A DNA stretch of 64,000 bases from Candidatus Poseidoniales archaeon (GTDB lineage Archaea; Thermoplasmatota; Poseidoniia; Poseidoniales; Poseidoniaceae), in NCBI GenBank assembly GCA_038146705.1, contig JAYQSB010000009.1, positions 2,374 to 66,373 on the forward strand, read 5' to 3'. A program made the translations under genes and the position numbers. Below the pieces are notes generated by a model. That model was not told where the DNA came from, did not search any database, and worked only from the letters and a program-made list of their open reading frames with translations. Positions 9,264 to 20,560 of the stretch are shown one piece after another. Within the stretch, counting starts at the first letter, position 1. Each line of letters begins with the position of its first letter.

Positions 9264-10298
9264 ATGAGGGCAAACACAGCGTACGTTGCAGCACGAGCAA
9301 AGTCTCGTAAAAGCAACCTTGCAGACAAGGCAAGGTTAAGGCAACTCATTCGTCAATCACCAGACCAACTCACCATAGCAGTTGGTGACATGGGCTACAG
9401 AAATGAGATTGACATGTACGCAGGAAAACTAACAGGAGGCGACCTGGTTGAGGCAGCACTTACCCACAATCTAGAAGTCGAACTCTTGGATATATTACGA
9501 ATGTGTAATCCTAAAATCAAACCTGTTATTTCAGTGTACACATTGAGATTTGAATATCAGAATGCAAAAGTCGTTCTTCGTTCAGTCCTCAATGAGGTTG
9601 AAATCGAGAAGGTCAAAAACTCGATTTTGCCTGCCATCAATGAAATCAACACACCGTGGATTTCAATTATAGAAGAATCAGATACACTTCGTTCAGCAGC
9701 CATTGCAATGAAGAGAAAGTCCTTCGGCCAAGCATTATCAAAATTGCCTGAAAATGCGTCATTGTACGCCTACGAAGATGCATTGGATCGCCATTATTTC
9801 AACGAGGCTTTGAGTGCTCTGTCAGGTAACGACAAAGCGACAAAGTTTGCAAGGAAATTGCTTGCCTTGGAAATTGATCACAAGAACATCTTGAACATCT
9901 TGGAAGCGACATCTGTAGGGATGCAAGGAGAAGCACTCGTAGGTGCTCTCCTCCCCGGCGGACGTCTTGTACCCACACGTTCATTTTCGACAGTTTCAAT
10001 GGGTGGTAAAGATGCTCTTCTAGATGTCTTACGAGGCAACAATCAATTTGATTTGGCTGAATTCGAAGAGAAATTAAAGCAATGTGATGAGCGCAGAAGT
10101 TTGGACCCAATGGTGACATGGTTCAAGCAAAGAGAACATGATTTCATGGCAAAGATGAGTTTTCTCCATCCCATCTCTGCCTTGCCGATTATACATTACA
10201 TTGCAATGAAAGTTGAAGAAGTGAATGATTTGAGAATTATTGTTCGTGGCTTACTTGCTGGATTACCAGAATCTGTCATTGACGAACACGTATTATGA
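9264..10298 (+). CDS. atpC: A/V-type ATP synthase subunit C
   Basis: YVAARAKSRK, LDRHYF, EIDHKNI, EVNDLRIIVRG; operon position. Confidence 0.9.
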   Translation: MRANTAYVAARAKSRKSNLADKARLRQLIRQSPDQLTIAVGDMGYRNEIDMYAGKLTGGDLVEAALTHNLEVELLDILRMCNPKIKPVISVYTLRFEYQNAKVVLRSVLNEVEIEKVKNSILPAINEINTPWISIIEESDTLRSAAIAMKRKSFGQALSKLPENASLYAYEDALDRHYFNEALSALSGNDKATKFARKLLALEIDHKNILNILEATSVGMQGEALVGALLPGGRLVPTRSFSTVSMGGKDALLDVLRGNNQFDLAEFEEKLKQCDERRSLDPMVTWFKQREHDFMAKMSFLHPISALPIIHYIAMKVEEVNDLRIIVRGLLAGLPESVIDEHVL

Positions 10299-10308
10299 GG
10301 TGAATGAA

Positions 10309-10608
10309 GTGGAAATAGCAGTAGTTGGTTCTCCAGAATTCACCTTGGGCTTCCAGTTGGCTGGATTGTCCGAACTACACAACCCGGAATCCGATGATGA
10401 ATTACATTCAACACTCCGTGGCTTGTTATCAAATTCAAGTGTGGGAATCGTGGTTCTCGATTCGACCATTTTCCCTACACTTCCAGACAGATTGAGAGAA
10501 CAACTCTCTGCATCTGTCTCACCAACCGTCCTCGGTATTGGAACCGAAGAGGACACAACCTTGCGAGATACAATTCGTAAGGCAATAGGAGTCGATCTCT
10601 GGCAATAG
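10309..10608 (+). CDS. atpF: A/V-type ATP synthase subunit F
   Basis: EIAVVGSPEFTLGFQLAG ... IRKAIGVDL; GTG start after GAGGTGA. Confidence 0.92.
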   Translation: MEIAVVGSPEFTLGFQLAGLSELHNPESDDELHSTLRGLLSNSSVGIVVLDSTIFPTLPDRLREQLSASVSPTVLGIGTEEDTTLRDTIRKAIGVDLWQ

Positions 10609-10626
10609 AGAAAAGGAGGAAAAAAT

Positions 10627-12366
10627 ATGAGCAAAACAGGAGCAATATACAGAATATCTGGACCGGTTGTAACCGCTACAGGAATGAAAGCAGGAATGTA
10701 CGACGTGGTTCGAGTAGGGCATGAAGGTTTGATGGGTGAAGTTATCGAATTACACGGTGATAAAGCCATCATCCAAGTATACGAAGATACATCAGGTATC
10801 CGTCCGGGTGAGCCAGTTCAAAACACAGGTGAGACTCTTTCAGTTAGCCTAGGACCAGGTCTTCTCACCCAAATTTATGACGGAATCCAGCGGCCACTCG
10901 CTACACTGGAGGAGGTCATGGGTGTCTTCATTACTCGTGGTGTCGATGCAGATGCTTTCGACCTTGAGAAGACATGGACCTTTGAGCCAACCGCCAAAAA
11001 AGGAGATGAAGTCTCTGGTGGCGATGTCATCGGCCATGTACAAGAAACGGAAACGATTGTTCACAAGATTATGGTGCCTCCTACCGCATCTGGAACAATC
11101 AAATCGATTGAGTCCGGTGACTTCAATGTGACACAGACCGTGTGCACTCTTGAAGATGGTACAGAGATTCAAATGATGCAAAAGTGGCCGGTTCGAACAC
11201 CACGTCCTTACCGCCAAAAGTATGCGCCAGATACCCCACTTGTTACAGGAATGCGAATTCTCGATTTCTTGTTCCCACTTGCAAAAGGCGGTGCAGCAGG
11301 AATTCCTGGACCATTCGGGTCTGGAAAAACTGTTACTCAGCAATCCCTTGCAAAGTATTCTGACGCACAAATTGTCGTCTACATTGGTTGCGGTGAGCGT
11401 GGAAACGAAATGACAGAAGTTCTTGACGAGTTCCCTCACCTTATCGATCCAAACACTGGCAAGCCTCTGATGAACAGAACGGTCATGATTGCAAACACAT
11501 CGAACATGCCTGTAGCAGCACGTGAGGCATCTGTGTACACGGGAATTACCATTGCAGAATATTTCCGAGACATGGGCTACGATGTCGCTCTCATGGCAGA
11601 TTCAACATCGCGCTGGGCAGAAGCAATGCGTGAAATTTCATCACGTCTTGAAGAAATGCCCGGTGAAGAAGGATACCCTGCATACCTATCATCAAGAATT
11701 GCAGAATTTTACGAGCGAGCAGGTCGTGTTGAAACCCTAAGCGGCAACGATGGTTCAGTCACTGTGATTGGTGCAGTTTCACCACCTGGTGGTGACATTT
11801 CTGAACCAGTTTCCCAAGGAACACTTCGAATTGTGAAGGTGTTTTGGGGTCTCGATGCTGGACTAGCACGACAACGACACTTCCCAGCGATCAATTGGTT
11901 GAATTCATATTCACTCTACCCACAGAGTTTGGACCAGTGGTTTAGAGACAATATCGCACAAGACTTCCCAGAAATTCGAACACAGGTGAGTGGTTTACTT
12001 CAGGTTGAAGCTGAATTGCAAGAAATCGTTCAACTCGTTGGTTCAGATGCACTTCCAGTGGACCAGCAGTTAACGCTTGAAGTAGCCCGAATGATTCGAG
12101 AATTCTTCCTTCAACAAAATGGGTTCCACGATGTCGATGCCTTCTGTGATATACGTCTTCAATATAAGATGGCAAAAGCCATTCTCACGTTCCAAGACGC
12201 TGCTAAAACGGCAATGTCAAGCGGTGCTGTCCTCGGTGATGTCGTGAACGTCCCGGGTCGCTCTGACTTGATGAGAGGTCGATTCGAAAGCGGCTACATC
12301 GACACTATTGACGGAATGGTCAAAGAAATGGTGGCACAAATCGAAAATACAGTAGGTGGAAATTAG
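10627..12366 (+). CDS. atpA: A/V-type ATP synthase subunit A (catalytic)
   Basis: [38 protein letters not shown]; no intein. Confidence 0.98.
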   Translation: MSKTGAIYRISGPVVTATGMKAGMYDVVRVGHEGLMGEVIELHGDKAIIQVYEDTSGIRPGEPVQNTGETLSVSLGPGLLTQIYDGIQRPLATLEEVMGVFITRGVDADAFDLEKTWTFEPTAKKGDEVSGGDVIGHVQETETIVHKIMVPPTASGTIKSIESGDFNVTQTVCTLEDGTEIQMMQKWPVRTPRPYRQKYAPDTPLVTGMRILDFLFPLAKGGAAGIPGPFGSGKTVTQQSLAKYSDAQIVVYIGCGERGNEMTEVLDEFPHLIDPNTGKPLMNRTVMIANTSNMPVAAREASVYTGITIAEYFRDMGYDVALMADSTSRWAEAMREISSRLEEMPGEEGYPAYLSSRIAEFYERAGRVETLSGNDGSVTVIGAVSPPGGDISEPVSQGTLRIVKVFWGLDAGLARQRHFPAINWLNSYSLYPQSLDQWFRDNIAQDFPEIRTQVSGLLQVEAELQEIVQLVGSDALPVDQQLTLEVARMIREFFLQQNGFHDVDAFCDIRLQYKMAKAILTFQDAAKTAMSSGAVLGDVVNVPGRSDLMRGRFESGYIDTIDGMVKEMVAQIENTVGGN

Positions 12367-12376
12367 AGGTGATCAT

Positions 12377-13756
12377 ATGAGTGGAAAAGAATACAGAACA
12401 ATTACAGACGTTAAAGGCCCTCTTGTTTTCTTGAACAAGACAGAGCCGGTTGCTTTTGGTGAAATCGTATCGATTCGATTATCCAATGGCGAAATGAAGA
12501 ATGGGCAAGTCCTTGATACATCGGATGACCTCGTCATCGTTCAAGTTTTCGAGGGCACTGCAAGCATCGACAAAGAAGCAGGTGTAACCTTCATGGGCGA
12601 TGTGTTCAAACTACCTGTGAGTACAGACCTTGTCGGAAGAATTCTCGACGGTGCAGGGCGACCAAGAGACGGTGGCCCTGAAATCATCGCCGACGAAAAG
12701 GCTGACATCATCGGTGCCGCCATCAACCCATACAGCCGACAATCGCCTCACGATTTCATTCAAACTGGAATTTCAGCGATTGATTGTTGTACGACACTTG
12801 TTCGTGGACAGAAGTTGCCTATTTTCTCTGCATCAGGTCTACCACACAATGACATCGCACTCCAAATTGCAAGACAAGCAAAATTGAAGGGTTCGGATGA
12901 ACAATTCATTGTGGTGTTCTGTGCTATGGGAATCACTGCAGAAGAATACAATTTCTTCAGGTCAGATCTTGAACGAACTGGAGCACTTGAGAATGCGGTC
13001 TTGTTCGTCAATCTCGCTGATGACCCAGCTGTCGAACGAATTATTACACCGCGTCTTGCTCTTACAGCGGCAGAATATCTTGCGTTTGAGAAAGATTACC
13101 ACGTTCTTGTTATTTACACGGACATGACAAATTATTGTGACGCACTTCGACAAATTGGTGCGGCCCGTGAAGAAGTGCCAGGACGGCGAGGTTACCCAGG
13201 TTACATGTACACTGACTTGGCAATGCTCTACGAGCGTGCTGGAATTGTAAAAGGAAAGAAAGGTTCCATCACCCAATTCCCAATTCTTACCATGCCTGGT
13301 GACGATATTACACACCCTATTCCCGACTTATCAGGATATATCACTGAAGGTCAAATTGTGATTAGTCGTGAATTGCACCAACAAGGTATCTACCCTCCAA
13401 TCAACGTTCTCCCATCGTTGTCACGATTGATGGGTTCCTGTATTGGTGAGAAAACCACACGAGAAGACCACAAATCAGTGTCAGACCAAATGTATGCAGC
13501 GTATGCACAAGGTCGAGAACTTCGAGGATTGGTTGCGATTGTTGGTGAAGACGCACTTAATGAGCGTGACAAACAATTGTTGGATTTCTCCGGTGTGTTC
13601 GAAGATAAATTCCTTCGACAATCAAGAGATGAAGACCGAACAATCGATGAAACTCTTGACTTGTGTTGGACATTGATGTCTTCCATTGACACCAAGTACC
13701 TTGTTCGACTCGATCAAAAGTGGATTGAAAAGTATCACCCAGAAAACAGAAGCTGA
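12377..13756 (+). CDS. atpB: A/V-type ATP synthase subunit B
   Basis: [47 protein letters not shown]. Confidence 0.98.
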   Translation: MSGKEYRTITDVKGPLVFLNKTEPVAFGEIVSIRLSNGEMKNGQVLDTSDDLVIVQVFEGTASIDKEAGVTFMGDVFKLPVSTDLVGRILDGAGRPRDGGPEIIADEKADIIGAAINPYSRQSPHDFIQTGISAIDCCTTLVRGQKLPIFSASGLPHNDIALQIARQAKLKGSDEQFIVVFCAMGITAEEYNFFRSDLERTGALENAVLFVNLADDPAVERIITPRLALTAAEYLAFEKDYHVLVIYTDMTNYCDALRQIGAAREEVPGRRGYPGYMYTDLAMLYERAGIVKGKKGSITQFPILTMPGDDITHPIPDLSGYITEGQIVISRELHQQGIYPPINVLPSLSRLMGSCIGEKTTREDHKSVSDQMYAAYAQGRELRGLVAIVGEDALNERDKQLLDFSGVFEDKFLRQSRDEDRTIDETLDLCWTLMSSIDTKYLVRLDQKWIEKYHPENRS

Positions 13757-13778
13757 GTAAAAAGAGGACGTGAGTAGC

Positions 13779-14396
13779 ATGGCTTTGGATATCAAACCAA
13801 CACGCAGCGAACTCATCAAACTAAAAGCTCGAATCAAACAAACCAAGAATGGGTATAATCTGCTCAAGATGAAAAGAGATGGTCTATTCCACGAATTCCG
13901 ACAACTTCTCTCGGAAATGATTGAAGCAAAGCGAGACTTAACCAAAGCATACCAATTGGCTAAACAGAGAATTGATCTTGCAAATGCCATCGAAGGCGGT
14001 CTTGCCGTTCGTGCGGCTGCAATTGCGAACTCCGCCCATCCCGAGGTAGAAGTTGAACGACGAAACATCATGGGTGTTGTTGTTCCTTCGGTCAGTGGAA
14101 CGAATTTGAAGTCTACGTTTCGTGAGCGTGGAGTTGGTTACATCGGTTCATCTCCGTACATCGATGAAGCGAGCGATTCATTTGGTGAATTGATTGAAAA
14201 AATAGTGAAAGCATCTGAGATGGAAGCAACACTCAAGCGACTCTTGCAAGAAATCGAGGCTACAAAGCGAAGAGTGAATGCATTAGAATTCAAAGTGATT
14301 CCCGAACTTGAAGAAGCAAAGGTCTTCATTCAATTGCGGCTTGAGGAAATGGAAAGAGAAGAGACGTTCCGGTTAAAGCGATTTAAGAATAAATAA
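13779..14396 (+). CDS. atpD: A/V-type ATP synthase subunit D
   Basis: KPTRSEL, LLKMKRDGL, TKRRVNALE, LEEMERE. Confidence 0.95.
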   Translation: MALDIKPTRSELIKLKARIKQTKNGYNLLKMKRDGLFHEFRQLLSEMIEAKRDLTKAYQLAKQRIDLANAIEGGLAVRAAAIANSAHPEVEVERRNIMGVVVPSVSGTNLKSTFRERGVGYIGSSPYIDEASDSFGELIEKIVKASEMEATLKRLLQEIEATKRRVNALEFKVIPELEEAKVFIQLRLEEMEREETFRLKRFKNK

Positions 14397-14474
14397 TCGT
14401 GAAGTTTTTTCATTCGTTCAATCGTTGGTTTCTTGATGGTTGCCGATGACAGCATGATGCGAGGGGGTTTTACT

Positions 14475-17012
14475 ATGGCCACAGATTTCATTGCTGAGAA
14501 AGGAGAAGAACCTCTCAATCTTCATCCTAAATCATGGAATCAACAAGATCTCATCGAACAAATCGTCGCACGTTACTTCGGAATTCTATCCAACCGAGGT
14601 GGACGTTGGCCAACATACACGATACAAGCATTGGATGAGGATGATGATATCAACGCAACACACCGCCTGTTGAATCACCATCTTGAAAAATTAGGTTGGA
14701 TGTCAAAAATATTGGATGATGAACCATATGCATTAATTGTTTTTCCTACCCCTGAACGTCAATTTGCATCGTCAAAAACGAAATCATTATTCTGGATTTT
14801 TTCTTTCTTTACCTCGTTGCTCGCAGGGAGTTTGTTTGTGGAGCATTTGTTCCCAACAACGTCGGAGCAATTGATGTACGCATTAACTTACTATGCAATT
14901 CCAATCATGTTCGTCCTCTTTATTGCAAACGCAATTCAAAAGTCGATTGCAAAGAAGCACGGTGTCCGATTAGGCCCAATTCTGCCCATACCTGACCCTT
15001 CGATTGTTTTGTTTTATTTTGGTATCCTGCCTCAATCATTACTTCTCTGGCCGTTTGGAATTCTGTTTTTGCCAACACTACCTCGTATGGATGCACGTCC
15101 ATGGCCCGATCGATATTCACTTGGAATTTCTTCAATCGTAGCACCGATTACGTTTTTCATCTCCGGCTGTATACTTTTTCTCTCAGGGTTGTTTTTCACG
15201 AACGAATTTGTTGAAATCTTCGGTCAGCCTTACGCTATCGAGCCCCCGCTACTTATGGAATTTCTGAGCCAGACCTTGCTTACAGAATCTGCTGATGTGT
15301 TGTATGCTTGGGCACATCCATTTGTTTTTGCTGGCATGTTCTTTCTTCTTCTCTCGTGGGTCCTTCTCCTTCCTGTACCTACATTCCCAGGCGGTAGAAT
15401 CATGATTTCCAGAATGGGCATGATGGAAGCTCGTAGTGCAAGCACCCAAACATTTCTGCTTCTTGTTTTCTTAATCTTTGCTTTGTTGTTCGATGTTTTT
15501 TCCTCGTTCGGCATATGGTTCTTGATTCTATCAATCTGTTTACCTCTTATTTTCTTCTATGGCAGCGATATCCGTAGTCCATTTATCACCAATGAAACAA
15601 TGGAATTGAATGAGTCACAGCATCGTCGATTGGGAACATTCCTCATCCTTATCTTTATTCTAGCTCTTCCGAATCAAGCACCTTTGGGTTTCAATGATTC
15701 TTGGGATGAACCTCTCATCTTGACGACAGATACGTTAGCCATAGCCAAACTACAAGATGATGGTACCTGGTTGTCAATGACTCAAATTGATTTTGAAAAT
15801 CCTTCTTCAATTGAACAAAAATTTACAATTTCAGCCTATATTGAGAACGAATTTGGGGATTGGCAATTACAATGGGATTGTGCAGGTGAAGAGACATATG
15901 CCCACGACGGTGAAGGCTGTGGCGCCGATGTTCGCCCCGGCTATCTCCATCGTATGTGGCTCAATCTTACTTGGAATTCCCCTCACGTACCTTACGCCAT
16001 GGATGTTATGATCGTTGTTGGAATCAACGATGAACTTGAATCATTTACATGGCAACTTGTTCCAGATGCTTCAGTGTATACCTCTGCGTCTTGGATACCA
16101 CAACCAACAAGTTCGGAATCCACGTGGTGTGCAGAGTTGTACACATCGTCATTACAAAAGCAACAGTTCAATGTAAGCCTTGAGTATCTCCACATCCAAA
16201 ATCTTCAAGCCGATGCTCTTCGAATTCAAGGCGTGCTTTCGAATGCAACAACATTTGCAGAGGATTTACCCGAAAAAATTTGTTTCAATGGTCTCGATGA
16301 GATTATTCACTTTGTCGCCCAACCAATTCTTCACATCAATAACCAAAGCTTTTCTCCAATGTTTCCAACGCTGCGAGAACTCCAAATGATTGTGCCTTCA
16401 GATGGATGGTTGATAAGAAACGATGAAGCGTCTTCATGGGGTTCATTTTTTGAACATGAACAAATCTTTGCAGCCAATGAACCCTGCCCTCTTAATGCAG
16501 TGGTGAGTGTACCAACAAAACCATCTCAAGGCCAATGGGTTTGGAACACGAATATTAAACCGATAGCCCGCTTACCTCACGTCGGAGAAGGCAGCAATTT
16601 GACGATGTTGGTTGAACCTTCACAGAATATTTCAGTCTGTGACGACTCCTTCAATCCTTATCCATTGTACCAGATGACCTCAATTGAAGGGCCAGAAATG
16701 GTTGCCTTATGGCAAGGTGGAATGACACGATTATGGACGACACCTTGGTTTGTTGCTATGAATGGCACATTTTTTGCAGCACAGGATGGAAATCTCACGC
16801 TTCATAATCCAAACGATGTGGATGTACCATTTCGATTATCGGTTGTTGGCGACGGGAATTCTTGGACTCTCCCCTCCATTCTAACCGAAAACGAAACATT
16901 GCCACAGGGCACACATCAGTTTCAATTTATACCACCAAATTCACCATACTCTGCATTTTGGATCAGTCACCAGTCTGGTGAAATTGTGTTCCATTTCACG
17001 AGTTTTAGGTGA
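14475..17012 (+). CDS. M50 (site-2 protease)-like polytopic membrane protein lacking Zn ligands, with large C-terminal extramembrane domain
   Basis: M50 scaffold recognisable (AKKHGVRL, WPFG...PDR..LG...AP, HPFVFAG...LLLPVPTFPGGRI) but HExxH and the LDG Asp are missing. Confidence 0.65.
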   Translation: MATDFIAEKGEEPLNLHPKSWNQQDLIEQIVARYFGILSNRGGRWPTYTIQALDEDDDINATHRLLNHHLEKLGWMSKILDDEPYALIVFPTPERQFASSKTKSLFWIFSFFTSLLAGSLFVEHLFPTTSEQLMYALTYYAIPIMFVLFIANAIQKSIAKKHGVRLGPILPIPDPSIVLFYFGILPQSLLLWPFGILFLPTLPRMDARPWPDRYSLGISSIVAPITFFISGCILFLSGLFFTNEFVEIFGQPYAIEPPLLMEFLSQTLLTESADVLYAWAHPFVFAGMFFLLLSWVLLLPVPTFPGGRIMISRMGMMEARSASTQTFLLLVFLIFALLFDVFSSFGIWFLILSICLPLIFFYGSDIRSPFITNETMELNESQHRRLGTFLILIFILALPNQAPLGFNDSWDEPLILTTDTLAIAKLQDDGTWLSMTQIDFENPSSIEQKFTISAYIENEFGDWQLQWDCAGEETYAHDGEGCGADVRPGYLHRMWLNLTWNSPHVPYAMDVMIVVGINDELESFTWQLVPDASVYTSASWIPQPTSSESTWCAELYTSSLQKQQFNVSLEYLHIQNLQADALRIQGVLSNATTFAEDLPEKICFNGLDEIIHFVAQPILHINNQSFSPMFPTLRELQMIVPSDGWLIRNDEASSWGSFFEHEQIFAANEPCPLNAVVSVPTKPSQGQWVWNTNIKPIARLPHVGEGSNLTMLVEPSQNISVCDDSFNPYPLYQMTSIEGPEMVALWQGGMTRLWTTPWFVAMNGTFFAAQDGNLTLHNPNDVDVPFRLSVVGDGNSWTLPSILTENETLPQGTHQFQFIPPNSPYSAFWISHQSGEIVFHFTSFR

Positions 17013-17017
17013 TTCAA

Positions 17018-17968
17018 ATGTTCAGAGTATCCATATTTGGTGTTGGGGCAATTGGAGGGGTTATTGCAGCATCACTTTCAAGTGAGGAAGAGACTGCAAT
17101 TCATCTCCATGTCCGAGGTGAATGGGGATCTCACCTATTGTTAGATGGCATACGAATTGACGGTGAAATATCAATTTCAGTTCCGCCTGATCGATTCGAT
17201 TTTACATTCCAAGAGCAACCTTATCCACATGCGATGGAGTCTTCTTCGGATGTAGCGATTATTTGTAGTAAGGCAACGGATATTGAGGCTTTGCTTCCAA
17301 TTGTTCAACGTACTCTAAAACCGGAAGGAATTGTCTGTATTCTTTCAAATGGTTTAGGCCTTGTTGAAATATCCCGTCGATATTTACCTGTTGAAACATT
17401 GGTCTACTCGTCGATCACCCATGGTGCTTTTCGTGATGGAAATAGCATTACTTGGGCAGGAAAAGGGGGGATACAAATAGAACATCCTGACCAAGTGCAT
17501 TACAATACAATTCTCAAGCATCTTCTTCATTTATTTCAAGCGTCAGGATTGAATCCGATAATCAAAGATAAGGGTCGGGAAATTGTTTGGGATAAGGCAT
17601 TACTGAATATTGCAATCAATCCAATCGCCGCATTAACAGGAAAGAAAAACGGAGAGTTACTAGAACCCAATCTATTCCAAAATTGTATGCATCTTTTCAA
17701 AGAAGCTTCGACGATTGCTTCATACGAAGGTGTTGATGTGATGGACGAATATCAATTTGAACTTCGATTACAGGAAGTTCTCAGTTTAACTTCTGAAAAT
17801 CAGTGCAGCATGCTACAAGATATTCAGTTTGGGAGAGAAACTGAAATCGATTTTCTCAATGGAAAAGTTGTTGATTTAGCTGAAAAACATGGTATGTTTG
17901 TGCCTAGGAATACACTCATAACAGACCTTATTCGTTCAATTCATCCAACGAAATCCGTATTGAAATGA
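17018..17968 (+). CDS. panE: Ketopantoate reductase (2-dehydropantoate 2-reductase)
   Basis: GVGAIGG, SNGLG, VWDKALLNIAINP, SMLQDI..GRETEIDFLNG. Confidence 0.88.
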   Translation: MFRVSIFGVGAIGGVIAASLSSEEETAIHLHVRGEWGSHLLLDGIRIDGEISISVPPDRFDFTFQEQPYPHAMESSSDVAIICSKATDIEALLPIVQRTLKPEGIVCILSNGLGLVEISRRYLPVETLVYSSITHGAFRDGNSITWAGKGGIQIEHPDQVHYNTILKHLLHLFQASGLNPIIKDKGREIVWDKALLNIAINPIAALTGKKNGELLEPNLFQNCMHLFKEASTIASYEGVDVMDEYQFELRLQEVLSLTSENQCSMLQDIQFGRETEIDFLNGKVVDLAEKHGMFVPRNTLITDLIRSIHPTKSVLK

Positions 17969-19554
17969 AGTCCACAATTTTCCTTTTGTTTGATGGCATC
18001 TTGGATGACTAATTTTCCAACAAGAACAAGATTTCTCAATTCAATCAATTCTCTTGTTGGGATGCTTGATTCCCATATAAGGTCGATTTCACTTTCCAAT
18101 AATTCAACTCTACGCTCTGCTCTATAGAGCCTTTGATTTGTTCGAACAATGCCGACTTCATTGAACATTGTATGTTGTAGCGACTTGAGATCATTACGCA
18201 ATGGAGCATGTTCCTTTAGACGTTCTAATCCATCTGCTCTCCAATCAGGTATTTCTCCTTCATACGATGTACAATGATGTTCAATGATGTGCTGTGCCGC
18301 ATTGTAAGCATAGACAACTGCTTCAAGTAAACTGTTGGAAGCCAATCGATTTGCGCCGTGCATCCCTGTGCAAGCAACTTCACCGATTGCATACAATGAA
18401 GATATGACTTGTTGAGTTCCCTGAAGATATGATTGGCCGTGTTCATTTACACTGATGCCTCCTACCATGTAATGGGCTGCAGGGGAGACAGGGATTGGGT
18501 CAACACCTAATTTTAATCCGAATTCGTGAAGATGATTACTCATGGTTGGAAATTGATCATTCAATTCCTCGGCATCGAGATGGGATGTAATAAGATAAAC
18601 ACAATTATCTCCTGTTCGTTTGAATACAGTATCTATTGCTCTCGCAAGAACATCTCTTGTTGCCAACGAGCCCATGTCTGAGTATTCAAGAGTGAAGGAA
18701 TACCTTTCTGGAGACGGTTTTTTCAAGGGGAAATTTTGGCAGTCTTGCATCCATGAATGCAGTCCGGCGGAGTCCAGGAGCACTGCTCCGTGACCTCTCA
18801 GTGCTTCAGTGACCAAAAAAGGACGATGTTCTTTGAGTGTAGATGCTGTTGGATGAAATTGTACAAAAGCCATGTCTTTGATGTGTGCTCCGAATCGGTG
18901 TGCCATGCCGATTCCATCGCCAGTTGCCACATCTGGATTGGTCGTCTTTTCCCAGAGTACGCCAACACCACCTGTGGCGAGGATTGCGACATCACATTGA
19001 ATTGTTTGAATCTTTTTTGAGATTTGATCGTAACACCAGAGACCTTTGACGCCATGTTCAGGATTTGAGTAATCTTTACGAATCAAGTCAATGGCAAGTG
19101 TGTTCGATAAAATTGTAATTCTTGGATGTGCTTCGGATTTTTTGACCAGAGCACGTTCAATTTCTTTACCAGTTGCGTCTTTTGAATGTAAAATTCGGTG
19201 TTCGCTATGACCTCCTTCTCGGGCAGTAGAAAATCGACCATCGCTCTCTTTTTGAAAATCAACCCCATAAGAAACGAGGTCATGAATCCTAAGATGTGCT
19301 TGTTCCACAACCATCCGAACGACTTCTTTGTCACATCTGCCATCGCCAGCTGTTAATGTGTCGTTGATGTGAGATTCAATGCCGTCTTTGTTGGTTTGAT
19401 CTAAAATAGCTGCAATTCCTCCCTGAGCCCAATTTGTTGAGGAATCTTTCGTTCTTTTTTTTGTGATGATAGTGACTGAGTGGCCTGCTTCAGCTAATTG
19501 GAGTGCAGTAAAGAGCCCAGCAATTCCAGAACCCACAATCGCAACATGCACCAT
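17941..19554 (-). CDS. nadB: L-aspartate oxidase
   Basis: GSGIAGL, WAQGGIA, REGGHS..RILH, QFHPT, HYMVGGI, GMHGANRLASNSLLE. Confidence 0.95.
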   Translation of the reverse strand: MVHVAIVGSGIAGLFTALQLAEAGHSVTIITKKRTKDSSTNWAQGGIAAILDQTNKDGIESHINDTLTAGDGRCDKEVVRMVVEQAHLRIHDLVSYGVDFQKESDGRFSTAREGGHSEHRILHSKDATGKEIERALVKKSEAHPRITILSNTLAIDLIRKDYSNPEHGVKGLWCYDQISKKIQTIQCDVAILATGGVGVLWEKTTNPDVATGDGIGMAHRFGAHIKDMAFVQFHPTASTLKEHRPFLVTEALRGHGAVLLDSAGLHSWMQDCQNFPLKKPSPERYSFTLEYSDMGSLATRDVLARAIDTVFKRTGDNCVYLITSHLDAEELNDQFPTMSNHLHEFGLKLGVDPIPVSPAAHYMVGGISVNEHGQSYLQGTQQVISSLYAIGEVACTGMHGANRLASNSLLEAVVYAYNAAQHIIEHHCTSYEGEIPDWRADGLERLKEHAPLRNDLKSLQHTMFNEVGIVRTNQRLYRAERRVELLESEIDLIWESSIPTRELIELRNLVLVGKLVIQDAIKQKENCGLHFNTDFVG

Positions 19555-19665
19555 CTGAGGTTCTCCTTGGACTCCCGTCGGTCATCATGGTTATCTCATT
19601 TATCATAGGGAATTCAAGCATTGATGATGCGATAATTCTAATGATTGGTTACGTTTTCGAGAATC

Positions 19666-20433
19666 ATGGGCGCGAAGAAAGGTCTAGGGACCATCATTGG
19701 TGGTGCCATTGTCGCCTTTGTTGTACTCAACGCCCAATTTGGCCTTGTTGCTCCTATGTTTATCGAAGATTCCGAAGGCTACAAACTGGATGTTGTTCTC
19801 CTCGCAGACCCAAATTGTGCGTTTCAAACCATCGAAAATGAATTGCAGACCTCCGGTGCATCATACTGTCTTCAGGAAAAGGGACAATGGGATGGTGCAG
19901 ATTTCATGATGTTGGCAGAAGGTCTCGTGATTCTCCTTGCTGGTCGGTGGGAATTGCCCCAACATAAGAGATGGGCTCAACGAGTTCGTAAAGTTGGCTT
20001 TGTCACCGGAATTGGCCTCTTTTCGATTGCTATCCTCGACCGCTTTGGCTGGCTCCCACATGCTGCAAGTTCAGAAGGATTAGCGACCTTGATGCCTTTC
20101 AATATCCAACCATGGTTGCTCCAAATCGCTATTGCAGGACTCGGGTATATGTTGATTCGTGGACCCAAATATTGGGACCCAATCGCCCTTGAGCAAACTA
20201 GGGAAAAGACTCTAGTAAAGAGGGAGCGAAAAGAAGCCTTTGCAAATGCCTTTTACGCCAAAGAAAACACGACTCACGACAAAACAAAAAATCGTATTCA
20301 GCGGTCTCGTCTCCTACAACAAGACGCGAATTTGAAGATGAAAAAGCGGAGGAAAGGCCTCCTTGTCATGGCCACATGCCCGTATTGCAAAGGGAAAGGC
20401 TGCAAAAAATGTAATGAGTTGGGCGTATTTTGA
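19666..20433 (+). CDS. Hypothetical membrane protein with basic tail and C-terminal CxxC..CxxC zinc knuckle
   Basis: About four hydrophobic segments; ends CPYCKGKGCKKC. Confidence 0.6.
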   Translation: MGAKKGLGTIIGGAIVAFVVLNAQFGLVAPMFIEDSEGYKLDVVLLADPNCAFQTIENELQTSGASYCLQEKGQWDGADFMMLAEGLVILLAGRWELPQHKRWAQRVRKVGFVTGIGLFSIAILDRFGWLPHAASSEGLATLMPFNIQPWLLQIAIAGLGYMLIRGPKYWDPIALEQTREKTLVKRERKEAFANAFYAKENTTHDKTKNRIQRSRLLQQDANLKMKKRRKGLLVMATCPYCKGKGCKKCNELGVF

Positions 20434-20560
20434 CGTGGCTCGGCAAACAAAAACAACCAACAAAATCGTGGTGCTAAGGTACATTTAATTCAAATTCTTT
20501 AAATCCTGTTAAATTTCGGTGTAAGGGGTAGGCCGGGAAAAACCTTCTCGGTTGGAGGGA

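Noticed and set aside
17941-17968. Antisense regulation from the panE/nadB 3' overlap
   Set aside because: A 28-nt convergent overlap is ordinary in a compact genome (similar ones at 26200-26203, 45070-45079 and 48598-48603).
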